From the NCBI GenBank assembly GCA_012295275.1, contig CM022667.1, positions 9,672,001 through 9,736,000 on the forward strand: a stretch of DNA of 64,000 nt, given 5' to 3'. Below the pieces are notes generated by a model that did no database searches, was not told the origin of the DNA, and saw only the letters and a list, made by a program, of their open reading frames with translations. Source of the DNA: Chrysomallon squamiferum. Its lineage: Eukaryota; Animalia; Mollusca. A program made the translations under genes and the position numbers. Position 1 is the stretch's first letter. Each line of letters begins with the position of its first letter. Shown piece after piece: positions 38,985 through 56,437 of this stretch.

Positions 38985-39450
38985 GTTATATTTGATGAGG
39001 TGACAGACCGTTAATCTATTTAATACTGTTATGTTTAGTGACGCAACAAACTGATAATTTATGTAATACTATCATGCTTAGTGACGTAACAAGTTCATAA
39101 TTTATGTAATGCTATCATGCTTAGTGACGTATCAAATTCATAATTTATGTAATGCTATCATGCTTAGTGACGTAACAAACTGATGTTTTATGTAATACTA
39201 TCATGCTTAGTGACGTATCAAATTCATAATTTATGTAATGCTATCATGCTTTTGATAATTTTGTTATCATGCTTAGTGACGTATCAAATTCATAATTTAT
39301 GTAATGCTATCATGCTTAGTGACGTAACAAATTGAAAATGTATTTTTTTTTATTATAATGTTTAGGAACGTAACAAACTGATAATTTATTTATTACTATA
39401 ATGTTTAGTGACGTAACAAATTGATAATGTATTCAATACTTTTATTTACT
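38985..39450. repeat. 43-bp minisatellite, about 10 units, degenerate at the edges
   Basis: Unit ATGCTTAGTGACGTAACAAATTCATAATTTATGTAATGCTATC. TGACG cores at 39039, 39082, 39125, 39168, 39211 (43-bp period), then 39277, 39320 and 39409. Confidence 0.88.
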
Positions 39451-40190
39451 AGTTACGGAACGTTTTATTTTCCAGTTTTCATGAACAAACGTGGTTATTT
39501 ATTTTTATCTCAGTATCATCGCTACGGGATCTATATTTTGTCACTAATATGTATGTAAGACTGCTTTGTATAGATACCGAATCAAGAGAGATGTTTCAAT
39601 CAATATATCGTGATATCACTGGATACTGTTCAGCTAGCAAATTATAAGACGTATTCTCTTTTTTTTTTTTCTACTAATCAGTAATTGTAACAGAAATAAA
39701 ATCAGGTATCTGTATTTCATTAAAGATTAAATCACCATTATCATCATTATTATTATTACTGTCATGGTTATTATCATCATTAATATATTCAGCATCATCA
39801 TTATTGTTAATATTATTACTACTAAAAATCGTGATGATGGTGATAATGATGATGATAATGATAAGATAATCAAGTAGATGATAATAAGCTTAATTACAAA
39901 AAATGATGAAGATGTAATTGACATTAAATATTTTCCAACAAAATGTAAATGTTCAAAATTTTGCATACAGTATCTTGTTTGCTTTTTGTTGCCGTTGGCG
40001 TTGCTTGTGCAGATGTTGTAGTTGCTCTGATTGCTTCTAACATCGTTGTTATCATTGTTCAATGAAGTTATAACAATGTCGAAATTCGCCGAAATATTCC
40101 GAATCACAAAATGACGTCAATAACAGTGTTACGTCATAAAGAATAAATTAAATGATCGACTGTGACTCCATGGAAGTCAAAATCTTGACG

Positions 40191-40225
<35 letters not shown>

Positions 40226-41165
40226 TAACATAATTATATTACTTTAAGCACTACTGCTACTACTAGAACTACTGTTACTGTTACTGCTGTTAATACTGCT
40301 ACAATTATTTCTAGCACTTGTATTTTTTACTATTACTACTACATCTACTACTACTAGTAGCAGTAGAACTAGAACTAGCACGTCCTTATTTCAATCTCGA
40401 CTTTAAATTGAATTATTATTATTTTTTATTTTTTCACATTAACAAGGTTGTGGTTAAAAAATAAATAAATAAATAAAAAAAAAACAAGAAAAAATATAGT
40501 AGCTGTTACTATTTTTCGATTCCGTACAACGAAATAAGATAATAACACGTAAAAAAAAAAAGAAAAAAAGACAACAACAAAATCCCTCAACCCCCCCCAA
40601 AAAAACCAGCAACCGATCAACAAAAAAACAACAACAAACAAAAAAAAAAAAAAAAAAAAAGAACTGAAACCAACAACATCAGCTTTTTCAAATTAATCGT
40701 AATAGTAAACTAAACATTTTTTTTTTTTTTAAAAATCGACAAATACACACTAAGCCGTTCTTAACTCCGTTTTAGTTAATCAGTATTTTAATATTCTTTT
40801 CTCAAATCAATATGTTGTACTTTTTTGAGAGGCGTGGTCGTAATTATCGAAGAAAGCTATAACGCGCAGCCGGGTCAATTATTAGAAGTAGTGGTAGTAG
40901 TAGCAGCAGCAGTAGTAGTAGTGGTAATATTATAACAATGATGATGAGGATGAAGATAGTAATAATAATAAGACAAAGATGATTTTAATTGCAATAACAA
41001 TAATGCTAATGATGATCCTAAGAATAAAAAATGATGAATATTTATGATGATGAATAGAAAACGAAATAGAAGATTCTAAATTAGATTAGCTATAAATGTG
41101 AAGACATAATCAACAACTGGACAATTTCCTAGAATTTTGATTTATAAGAAAAGAATGCAGACACC

Positions 41166-41198
<33 letters not shown>

Positions 41199-41668
41199 GA
41201 TACTTATCATACATACACATTTATCACCAAGAAACGACAATAAAACTCATTGGAAAGACCAAGTGATGAATATGGCTGAGATAAAAGTAAAAAAAAATGA
41301 AACCAGGCACAAAAAAAAAAAAGCCACAAAAAACCCACAAAAAGTGAAACAAACCCACCTTGACTGCCAAAATGCCAGAGCTGCCAAATTTAACGAGTAC
41401 CTTATGTTTAGCTATTTACTTTGAAAGAGCGAGTGAATAATAAAAAATAAAAAAAAAAAAAAATATAAAAAAAATAAATAAAAAAATAACAACCCTGAAA
41501 GAAAAACTAAACGAAAATAAAAAGAAAGTAATTTGAAGTCAAATTATTAAAAGGAAATATAAGACAATGAAAACGAAGAAGGAAGAGGAAGAAAACACAG
41601 GAAAGAAAAAAAGAAAAAGAAGACAAAAGGAGTGATTTAAGAAAAAAAAAAAATAATAATAATAATAA

Positions 41669-41710
<42 letters not shown>

Positions 41711-42022
41711 CAAAAGAAAGAAAAGATTCAGAAATGACTAAATGGATGATAATAATATTGATCATGAAGATGGTGCTAAAAACAATGACAGTTGCAGTCT
41801 TAGTAGTGGTACTAGTAGTATTTATAGTAGGAGCGATAGTAGTAGTGATAGTAGAAGTAATAATAATAATAATAATAATAACAGTAGGAGTAATAATCGT
41901 AGTTGTAGTAGTAGTAGTAGCAACAGCAGCAGTAGTAGTTGCAATACGGATGTTAGTATTAGTAGTGACATACTATTACTACTACTGCTGCTAATGCTAC
42001 TTCTTCTACTACTACTACTTTA

Positions 42023-42541
42023 GATATGAGAGGACCGCCACTCTAACTTCTGTATTGTATATTTTACTGATATGAGAGGACCGCCACTCTAACTTCTGTA
42101 TTGTATATTTTACAGATATGAGAGGACCACTCTAACTCTCTGTCTATATACAGGTACCGGACCAATTATCCGGCATCCTGAATTCCGGAAAGACCAGAAA
42201 ACCGTAAGTTTCTTCCTTACGCTATTTTCATAGTTCGCGCGCGCGGGTCTTTTCCTCACCAGACCGGAACTACTCTTTCAAGCCGCGTGGCGTTCATTCA
42301 CTCGCCGCATTCTTTACATGTCGGGTCACCTCAGTTGTGTATCGTCAATATTCTTTACGTTTTCAATTTTTAAATTATTTACGTATTTAGATGCCTTGGT
42401 ACCAGAAAAACGGAAAATCCAGAAGTCCGGAATGCCACAGGCCCCAAGGAGTCCGGATAATTGGTCTGGTACCTGTATTTCTGATATGAGAGGACCGCCA
42501 CTCTCACTAGTCTGTTGTATATAATACTGATACGAGAGGAC
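42023..42541. repeat. 46-bp minisatellite (about 4.3 units) interrupted by the MITE
   Basis: Unit GATATGAGAGGACCGCCACTCTAACTTCTGTATTGTATATTTTACT starts at 42023, 42069, 42115 (interrupted), 42483 and 42529 (partial). Confidence 0.88.
42151..42475. mobile_element. Complete 325-bp MITE, Tc1/mariner superfamily (pogo/Tigger-like ends), TA target-site duplication
   Basis: Left end ta|CAGGTACCGGACCAATTATCCGG and right end CCGGATAATTGGTCTGGTACCTG|ta form a 23-bp TIR with one mismatch. No transposase ORF. Second copy at 59656. Confidence 0.9.
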
Positions 42542-42752
42542 CTCCTATCCCGCCACTCCCATTCACTTACCAGTTGTAAATAAAAAGTCTTTTAAAAGCA
42601 CCTGTCCATATCCACGTACCATTACCCTCAATAACCCGCCGTAAGAACGGTATATAAACTGATGTGAAAATTATAGATTGTTAGTATTACGACCTATCAA
42701 CATTCGCGACCATGCTCTGGGAACGAAAAGTAAAAAGAAATAAGTGATCAAG

Positions 42753-42791
<39 letters not shown>

Positions 42792-43131
42792 CGAAGAAAA
42801 AATGCTTCAAATACTTGAACTGTTTATCGCTTTGTGAAGCTATACAGACTGGGTCATTCAGTTCAGAATTTTTTTAATTGTTTTTTTTTTTTTTTTTAGT
42901 TTTGTTTATCTTTCTCTGTGAGTACAGCCATTAATTTCTAATTTATTTTTTACTTTTATTTAACTGATAGTGAATACAGCCATTAATCTCTTCTTTTTTT
43001 TTTTTTTAAAGTAATAGTTTATTTATAACAACTGAAAGTGGGTTAGTGGGAGGAGAAAAAGACAGAGAGGGAGGGAGAGTCAGAAAAAAGAGTGAGAGGA
43101 AAATGAGAGGAGGAGAGGAGGTGAGAGAGAC

Positions 43132-43279
<148 letters not shown>

Positions 43280-43761
43280 GTATCACTCAGTTTGCGAACA
43301 GCCACTAGTTTACAATTTAGTTTTCTCTGTAACTCGGTTAACGGTTTATTTATAACGCACACACGCACACACGCACACACAGAGAGACTAAGCAGTCAGT
43401 AACACTTATCTCTCAGTGTGTGTTGCGATCATTAATCTGTAATTTAGTTTTCTCAGTTAACCAGCTGATGGTTTATTTACAACATTCTCGTGGTTTTCCG
43501 CCGCCGATGGTTAAATCAGATGGCTTCATACAGACAGGTGCTGCGACTGAATCTCTGGCGAGGATAAAAATAGAGATAACTGGAGAAGCAGAAGCAACTA
43601 CACAACGCACGTTATTACACACATTGACACACATATACACTGACACATATGCACCAGATACACATACACACAGAGAGACAAATACGCACTGACTTATACG
43701 ACACATAAACTCAGACATACAAAAACATTTTCTCAGTCTTTTTCTGTGTCGTTTTATTGAT

Positions 43762-43850
<89 letters not shown>

Positions 43851-43940
43851 CTTATTATTTTAAATAATCAACTTGAAAAAAAATCTTATTTCATTTACTA
43901 CATACCAGTTTATTCTGATCTAGAGTTCATATTTCACATT

Positions 43941-43980
<40 letters not shown>

Positions 43981-44327
43981 ATAGATAGATGGATAGATAG
44001 ATAGACATTTCAGCGTTATTAGTCGAAATCCAATTACATATGGCTGATAAATCATCTTATTTTCAAACTCATTAAAAAACTGAGAGTTAAACGGAATGAA
44101 AAATCGGTTTATTTGTTGACAGTAGTATTATGTTCTGCGAAGAAGGTCATCCATCTTGCTTTCATTAAATCTGGCTCACGGACACAACGAGAAAACGTGA
44201 GAATGCGACGATATTACAAATAGATGTTTTTTGTTTTTTTTTCGTCAGTTAAAAAGAAAGATAGTTCATTGTTCTGTATAAAAGAGATTTCAACAACTGT
44301 AATTATTATAGCAATGGATAAGTGAGT

Positions 44328-44398
<71 letters not shown>

Positions 44399-46050
44399 TT
44401 GTGCTTGCCTGTGTTGTATTACGTAAAGATTTCTTGCTTCTAGTCTGTCAACCAGCAGCTAAATCGGTTTTCCTCTTTCATGTTAGACGTGTAAGATTTA
44501 ATATCTGTTTATTTTCCAGTCTACGCGTCTCTCATATTTCTACTTATTTCAATTTTTCGTTTCTTATTAGTATCAGTTTCTTCTTCTTCTTCTTCTTTTT
44601 TTTTTTATCTCTTCTGCGACTTCTGTCTTTCTCACATTGCATTTTATTTATTATTTTTCTTCACACATCTCGAAAAGCGTGCACGTTCGTAAGTAACACC
44701 TATTTCAAGATTTAATAAAAAAATATATACGCTCATCTTTTCAGAAACGTAATTAACACCTCCTGTCTTCCTGGATTTAGTTATTAATTAAGAATATCAT
44801 TTTTTTTAATTTTTTTTATTACAAATAATTAAGTATTGTAAGTCTTTTACTTCCTGTTTTTATAGGACAGAATACCGTGCTGCTTTGCCATTGGTTAATT
44901 TAGTTTCCAAGGCAACGGAAGGTTTTTTTTGTTTTGTTTTTTTGTCACTATAAATAATATATTTTGCCGTGCCGTGATTATTAAAATAAATGTATTAGAC
45001 GTCAGAAATTAACGTTGAAATTAATATGTTTTATCAGAGTAATAAATACTGAAGTTAATATATATTATTTTTTATTTTTATTTTTTATTTATTTTTTAAA
45101 ACTTTTTTTCAGATATAATGAATATTGAAATTAATATCTTTTTAGTAGCGTAATGGATTTTGAAATTAATAGTTTGTATTTTTGGAATAAAGAAATGATA
45201 AATTATTCTTCTTTTTTTTTTTTTTTTTTTTTTTTTTTGCAATTGTAGAAAATAACAAAAAGAACGTCAAAAGATTTTGTAAGCGATGAATAAAATTTAA
45301 TCTTTTTTCTTATATTCACAATAATATTTTATTTATTTATTTATTTATTATAAAACATAAATCTTTTACCTGGGTATGATAACTGTTTCTGAATGCAGGT
45401 GTATCTTGTACGTACACGCTATGTGCTATACGTGTATGATTTTTCTGTGTATGTGTGTGTGTGTATGTCTATGTTCGTACGTAGTATGTATATATGTGTG
45501 TATGTACACATGTACATATCATGATACGGATAAAAAAACACTAAAAGCAGTGTATTTAAAACACTTATCTTTATCAAAACGTTAGTTCCATATATCTTTT
45601 TCGCTGACGTTATTTACAAGTAAGTAAGAAACAGAAGTAATATGGTCACGTGAGACATATGTTTGATTTTACCAAGACATCTTAAAAAGCCTCACATCTG
45701 TGACATATAAGCAATCTGTGTCAGTGTTTCTGATCTTCTGTTTACAACTTCATCTTTATTCTTGATACTTGTCAGTTAACACATCTTCATTTTTACTTTG
45801 TCTATTTCGTGTCGTTTTAAAAAGACCGAGTAAGACGATTGGTTGGTTAGGCCCAGTTAATGACGTCATTAATCTAAGTCAACAGAAAGTTGTTGCAGTG
45901 TGAAGAGCGCCTTTCGTCTGGACCCGTTTTGATATGATTTATTTATTTAATTGTTTGTTTATTTCCATTCTGTATTAAACATTTAGGTTTTTAAAACGTA
46001 TTCTTCTTCCTTTCTTTCTTTGATTTTCACTGTGTGTATGTCTGTCTGTA

Positions 46051-47617
<1,567 letters not shown>

Positions 47618-50013
47618 TCAAATGTGGTTACGACACAAAAGGGACGTTTATTACGTCATTATTAATGTCTAGACATTACTTAGATCCTCAGACTGAGATT
47701 TAACATAATTATTGTAAAACAGAGGTTCCAGGATCGATACCACCTTGTGGACGTTAAATTTTCTAAACGTCTTTTTAAATTTTATTTCTTTCATTTTTTT
47801 TTCCTTTCTTTCGTTTTTCTTTCTTTCTTTATTATTTCTTCTTACCTTTTTTCTCTTTGTTATATTCCTTTCTTCTATTATTTTCTCTCTATTTTATTAT
47901 ATGTGGTTCTTGTGTTTGTTAAAGCCTACAATAATATTAAGTTTGGTATAAACAAGGATCGAGTCTTTGCAGTGGCGAACATTCAGAATTTTCAAGATGA
48001 AAGGATATTAAACTGAAAAAATCCTTCTTCATTAATTTTCTAACATACTAACCCGAACACAGACATAGCCTATTTCTAATCTCAATCCTAAAAAAAAAAA
48101 CCCCGAGCAGAGCTAACGCTTATTCTTTAAATAATAATATTAACAATAATAAATAGATTACGAAAATATTTTTAATCAAAACTCATCCGCTGGCTTTCAA
48201 ATCGTCCTTGACCCTAACCTCCGTAAACGCCAAGGAATTGGAAGTGACCGTAACCCCTTGTGCCAATCCCAGTATTGCAAAAACAACAATAGAATATTGA
48301 AACAATTATCGAGATCGTTAACGACGTCGGCTAACTCGGACCACGTCTGTTTACGAGGAAGCGAACAAATCTGAATTAAGAATATTTGTCAAATCGAGGT
48401 AACATGACGACAATAATTCGCGATGGACTAGGTATTATGCGGTAAACCAATCTCTCCCAAATTAAAGCTCGCTTGCTAAGACAATCCTAGGTGGCAAAAC
48501 AATCGATTTACGTCTCGTGTTTTCCTGAAATTTCCCAGCCCGCAACGTGAAGAAATTCCTGGGAGTAAAAATTAGTGTAAATGGCCTGCAATTTCTTTCA
48601 ATTATCTCCCCTTTCGGTTCGAGTTAAGAACGAGTTTGTTACATCCGTCTTAACGACCCTTGGTGATACGAGGCTTAAGTTAGACAACGTTTGATGAGTT
48701 AATGACAAAAAATTACAGAACTCTTTTCTTTATCGTCTTTTTCTTCAGTTGCTTTGTTCTGGATGTTTAACGTGTACGTTATCATCGTCATCATCTTCTT
48801 CATCTTCTTCTTCATCATCATCATCCATTTCTTCTTTTTTTAAATTTGTTTTCTTCCTTAGGCCTTTTCTTCTTCTTCTTCTTCTTTTCTTCTTTCTTAA
48901 TCATCTTAGATTTTCTTCTTGTTTCTTATTTTTGTTGTTCTTTTTTATTAAATAAATTAAATTGTGGAACTTGTAAATGCCTTTCTAGAATACAACCATC
49001 GTCATCATCATCATCAACAACAAGAAAAACCACGACAATAACAATAATGATGATGATCATGATGACGACCATAATAATAATAAAACAAGATCATTGCTAC
49101 CACCACCACCACCAACACCACCATCACCACTACTACTACCACTACAACTTCTACTACTACTACTTCTACTTGTTATGCCAATGTTACTGCTGCTGCCATT
49201 ACTGCAACTACAAATACTACTACAAGAACAACTACTACTACTGTTACTACTAGTAATAATGATAACAATAATACCATTATCCTAAATAAATAAATAAATA
49301 ACGTAACAACATAACGTAACATACAAAACACATAATAACATCAAATAAAATAACACAAACATAAACATAACATAGCACAACATAAAATAGCGCAACATAA
49401 AATTAAATGAAATTAAATTAAACTGAATAATAAGAACAGAAATCTACAGCTACAGATATATGTGACTCGAAGCGCCAACGAATCGATACACACAAGGCAA
49501 CTACAACAGTGATTGAAACGGACACATCTTGACTTTAACCGATCACTTTCTTTGAAGAACAGATTGTTCCAGACACAATCAGGTGAAGAAATCCTGGAGG
49601 CGAGAGCCAGATATATCGCTTGTAAACCTATTATCGATAGCGTCTTTTTTTTTTTTTTTTTTTTCAAAATGTCAAAATCGCGAGAGAATATGTTATTGCT
49701 GTTATTGCTTATACTTCTAATAAAAACAAAAAGAAGAAATTACGTTAGCGGGGTATTGAACTAACAACACGTGTTCGCTAACTACATTCTGTCCAGTTTT
49801 ATTATTTCTTGACGTAATTCGGTGTAAATGAATATGACACCTTTAGGACTAATTATTTTGTTTATATTCTTATTAGAAAATGTGACTGTACTTGGAAACT
49901 CGAACAGGTATTAATGTAGCTCTAAAATAAATTAACTTCATTAGTTCAAATTAATGATGTTCATCTGAATTCTCTCGGTCCATGCGTCTATCTGCCTTAT
50001 AACTAATCTGATC

Positions 50014-50097
<84 letters not shown>

Positions 50098-50967
50098 GTC
50101 CGTCTCTCTGTCTGTTTGTCTGTCTATTTAACTATCTATCAATCTGTCAGTCTCTCTTCCTTTGTTTGTTTGTTTGTTTGTTTCTATCCATCCATTCACC
50201 TATCTGTCTGTCCGTATATCTATTTATCTAGCTATTTTTCTGTCTGTGTTTATGTTTTTCTGAAAAATGTGTATCCTGGTTCTTTTGTTTGTGTTTCTAT
50301 TTTCGAAATGCATTAACTTCTGTCTATTAATCTATCCACCCCCGATTTTTTTTTTTCTTTTTTGTTTGTTTGTTTTTTCGTAGGCGTTTACTGTGAAATT
50401 CATGAGTAATTATCCAAAATTAACAAAGTAAATATACAAGAGCAAAAAAAAAAAAAAAAAAAAAAAAGGTTTCTTTCACATCGTTCTAATTATAATTTAA
50501 CCCTGCTAATAACTTACATATCTTGCCCACACGAACTAATAAATCAATTAATTAACTTTTTTTGGTCTACGTTAAAAAAATAAATAATAATAATAAAATA
50601 ATAAAAATTTTAAAATAAAAATTTTAAAACATAAAACGAAAAGTTAAGAATGTATTATTTATCAGTTAAGTTTACGTTACATACACGCACATGCACAAAA
50701 CATACAGATACATATACACGCAATACATACACACATATGAAGACAGTGTATTTCTATAACTCATACATATAAATACGCAGATACACATAACTACACACTT
50801 GAACAAATACACAAACACATGTGTACATTCATTAATATCCATACGATTATTACTGTTGCTGCTACTGTTGCTTCTTCTACTACTATTACTACTACTACTA
50901 CTGTTACTGCAACAACAACAACAACAACTACTACTACCACCATTACCAGCCGTCCAGCCAAAAATAA

Positions 50968-51046
<79 letters not shown>

Positions 51047-52120
51047 GTCATAATAATTCATTAAAACACAATAAAACAAATTAATTAAATGTATTTATTT
51101 ATTTATATAATGATGGTAATGATGATGATGATCACCAAACACTGCATCGAGACTACCTTACTATAATTATTTCGATCATGGAATCGCAGATTCCTAGAAA
51201 AAAAAAAAGAAAAAAAAAAAAAAAACCTTTCTGCTCTTCTGAGTAGAGAGGTTACAAACCGACAGACAACTACTTCCGGTTGACTAATGGTTTCTGGCGT
51301 TGCGTTTATTGCTTGACGTACGGACAAACTGACGTTTGTAAAGACGATCGTGATTTAGATTCGGTTCCGTTTTCGTTTCGTAAACAGAAAATTCGAGCGA
51401 AGGGGAAGCGGGGCAGCAAACTGCAGTGTTTTTTCTTTGACGTCCACGCTTTAGATTCCGTGAGAAAAAAAGATTTCCAATAAAACTGAGAGTGGTGAAG
51501 AATGTGCGTTTTTTTTTTAAAAAAAAGCCTCGTTAAGTCAGCGAGTTAGCAAATAAAAAGAATGTGATGAAAAAGAAAAAAAATTTAAAAAAAAAAAAAA
51601 AAGAAGAAAAGCGGGTAAAAAAATATGAAAATGAAAAGAAAAACAAACTCTAGAGAAAGAAGGAGTAGAAAAAAATATAAAAAAAAAAAAAAAAGAAGAA
51701 GAAACTAACATGGTATTTAAAGTACTTCATTTTGCGATAAAGATTTTGTAGAAGATTAAGCCTTCAATTTCCCCCCACCTCATTTTTCTTTCCGTTTTAG
51801 ATGATATGACAGTTCCTGATTCATTTTAAAGTTATGATGATGATGACGATGATGATAATAATAATAATAAACAAGCAAATAAATAAATAAATAATAGCGA
51901 TATGGTAAAAAAGAGTTTTCAAATGAAAGATGAAGGAAAGAAAGAAGAAGAAGGAAAAGAAAAGAGAAACAGAAACAGAAAACAAAAAAGAAGAATTTTA
52001 CATGGTTTTAAGGATTTTCATTTTTCGATAAGGATTTTGCAGAAGATTAAATCGTTAATTCTTCCCCTATCACTTTTTTTAATCCTGCAGATGAAATAAA
52101 TGTCCCTGGTTCTGTTAAAA

Positions 52121-52187
<67 letters not shown>

Positions 52188-52252
52188 GTAAGAACAATAA
52201 CAACAACTGCAAAAACAACAACATAAACGGTAATGTAGAGATAGTAGTAGTA

Positions 52253-52325
<73 letters not shown>

Positions 52326-52756
52326 TACCTAATTTAAGGCTAAAAGAATTAATTACATTACACAAATCAGTTGACAATCCACATTATCTTTTTTTTTTTT
52401 TTTCTTTTTTTTTCCAATCATAATTTTGCTGATGCTGTTGCTGATGATGATAAATAGCGACATAAAAGAATATCAAGGTCGTTGTTTTCGCTGTGTGAAG
52501 AGAAATCTCTCACCACGACATCACACGGTGATAACGTGACATTTACATCTGCATGGGCTGCGGCGGCCGTTAGCCATCGACCAGTTTATAAGTTAGTTAT
52601 TATGACATGAAAGCGAGAAGAAGAAGGAAGAAAACAAACGTCATTACGTTATAATTGAAACTCAAGAGCAACTCTGTACGGATTACCCACGTGAGTTGTA
52701 AAAAAAAGAAAGGAAAAGAATAAGAAGAGAGGGAGAGGAGGGGGGAAGGAGGGAGG

Positions 52757-53141
<385 letters not shown>

Positions 53142-53425
53142 CGAAGTAAAAGAAACAGAACTGCTGTGTTGTTAAGAAGTAAATGGTCTCATGTTTGCTT
53201 CATTACGCTTTTGATGCGCCAGAAATAGACTGGTTTTGTAACCAGCAGCGGGAGATAGCGCGGTAAACAGTCTGGCGAAGACTCGTTATAATGTAGATTG
53301 TGTCAGTCAGAATTAAAAAAACATAAAAGAAAAAAGATAGGAAGAATGAAATAAAGAAAAAAAGAGAGAATAAAACAGATCAAGAAAGAAAGAATGAAAA
53401 CGATCGATTGATAAAGAAAGGGACA

Positions 53426-53466
<41 letters not shown>

Positions 53467-53952
53467 AAAGGAAAAATGTTTTTCTTTTTCTGTATATGAT
53501 ACTGGATAAGTTACAATATCAGATTTTTTTTTTATTATTATTTTTATTTACAACTTCTTAGTCAAAGATCTTAATGCATAAACACATAAACAGAATAAAA
53601 CGAACAAGTAGAAATGTAATAATGTCCACTGTAATGAAGAAATAATGATGTCGATTAACAAGAAGACGAAGAAGAAGAAAAATATAATATCACCCTCATC
53701 ATAAAGAAGTAATGATATCAATAAATAAAGTGCTGATGAAAAGAAAAGTTTAATGATAACTATGTCATAAGTAGATAATAATAATAATATTAGTAAATAA
53801 AGAGAATGATAATAATAATAAAAACAATATAATGACCACAATGATAAAAAACCAAAATGCTGTGAATAAATAAAAGAAAAGATGAGGAAATAGATTATGA
53901 AAAAAATGAAAAATATAATGGCCACTCTCTCATAAAAATAATGATGGGAATC

Positions 53953-53985
<33 letters not shown>

Positions 53986-54095
53986 AAGAAAGAAGAAGAA
54001 GAAGAAAAAAAAAAAAAAAAAAAAAAAAAAGAAAAGAAAACGAAATTGACAGCTAAGTGCAGCTACAACTGAAGATGTTAAACATAATCAACAAA

Positions 54096-54127
<32 letters not shown>

Positions 54128-54501
54128 ATTTCCCCTACGAAGGCACGAACGAGCAAACTGTCGAACGTCAGCCAGACGCACTAACGGGGAAAATAAAGTC
54201 GACAATTGTAAGCACTATTTTTAGATATGACATTTACAGAGGATTTCATCTCCGGAAAAATCCGAGCTGCTGTCATTTATAATCTTCGTCAAATTGCCGT
54301 GCGACGAACGTGTTGAAGTAGAAACTAAAGAAACCTCCAGCGACAAATCAATGACGAATTTCATCTTTCATTTTTATTTTTAGTAAATAATTATGTTGAC
54401 AGAAGGACTACAGACCGGCTTCAAACAGGCAGATACACATTTTTCTCTTTTCTGATATTTTTTTTTTTCTTTTTTCTTTAATAAATATAATGGGGGGTCT
54501 G

Positions 54502-54533
<32 letters not shown>

Positions 54534-54742
54534 GGGATTTTGTTGTAATAATGACAAATGGAAAAGATGAAAGTGTGTGGTTTGTAGATATGATCATTCC
54601 TATGTTATGTAGATAAAGAGCGTATGTTTAGAAAAAGTCATTTGGTATATATTATTAATGTTTCTGAGCTTTACTAAGCCCCTGTATTCAATGCGTATTT
54701 AATATTTAATAATGGAAGGATTAAAAAAGACGGATAAATTAG

Positions 54743-54863
<121 letters not shown>

Positions 54864-55050
54864 GGAGAAACTAAAATAGAAATATCAATAATCTAAACGA
54901 TAGCTATATTATTCTAAATTTCAAAAAACGTAATTAGATCAAAGAAACAAAGATAGAGAAAAAGGATAGAAATAATTTTAAAAATTGTTGTTATTATTAT
55001 TATACATGAAATACAATGAGAAGTAGATAGAAAGATAGATAGCCAGACAA

Positions 55051-55097
<47 letters not shown>

Positions 55098-55187
55098 CAC
55101 AGACAGATACACAGACAGACATATAGATGGAAAATAGAGACAGGTAGACAAAGAAGATAAAAATAGAATAAAACTGAGCCAAATAAA

Positions 55188-55227
<40 letters not shown>

Positions 55228-55886
55228 AAGGTCTTCTATCAATAGAATATTTCCTTGGACTTTGATATCACCTTAGCACTATCACGTGATCAAATTAAAC
55301 ATCACAAACATTTCTGTGTTTAAATTCTATGGAAACAATCATGATAAGCACTGCCTCATTAACATCCACTCAGTCTGAAAAACAATGTGACTGTTTTTTT
55401 TCCCTCTAGCCTAACGAGAATCCTCTCTTGCATCCTGGAGATCGACAGGCGGGGAGGAATTCACAAAGGAAGAATCTTGTTTTAGATGGTGCAACCGGAT
55501 ATTGATTAGGAAAGTAGAAACGGAAGTATGTACACGAAGAACACAAGAATATGTCTGACGATCACGTGATCTATAAGTGATCAGATCATGCTGGTAAAAT
55601 GGTCGAGACTACAAAAAGAAGAAAAATAAGGGAATAAACAGTAAAGTACTATTGATTTTTTATTTTTTATTTTATTTTTTATTTTTTTATTTTTTTACGT
55701 CTGGTTGTAAATGTCAAGGCCGTCTATATCTTTCGTGACCTGCGAAGACTTCCGTGTTTGTTTGTTTGCAGATAGCATATGTTTTATTAGCGACTGACGA
55801 AAAATTGATTTAACATTAATATTTAAACACGATATTGCCAAACTGCAATCAGAGTAGCAACAAATCACAGTATGCCACAAAATAAT

Positions 55887-55976
<90 letters not shown>

Positions 55977-56382
55977 AGAGGGAAAGAGAGAGACAGAGAG
56001 AGGACAGATAAAAAGAAAGAAAGAAAACGTGAGAACCATGGAGAAAGACAAAGTTAAAGGCTAAGACAGACATACTGATAATCTTAATGATGGCTGTAAA
56101 AAAAATATTCTGTTTAAAAACAAAACAACGATAAGCACAATGAAGCAAAGAGGTACGTGAAGACAGATAAAGGGTAGAGAGATAATTTAAAAATAAATTA
56201 TACACAAAGAAACAAAGAGAAGTAGATAGATATATACATACATATATACATACATACACGCGTAGAAACATACACCTGAACATCCATCCATAAATACATA
56301 CAAACATACACACATAGGCAGACGTGCACTTATAATAAAATATATTAGAAAAGAGAATAGATAAGTATTCTAGATACATTCA

Positions 56383-56437
<55 letters not shown>

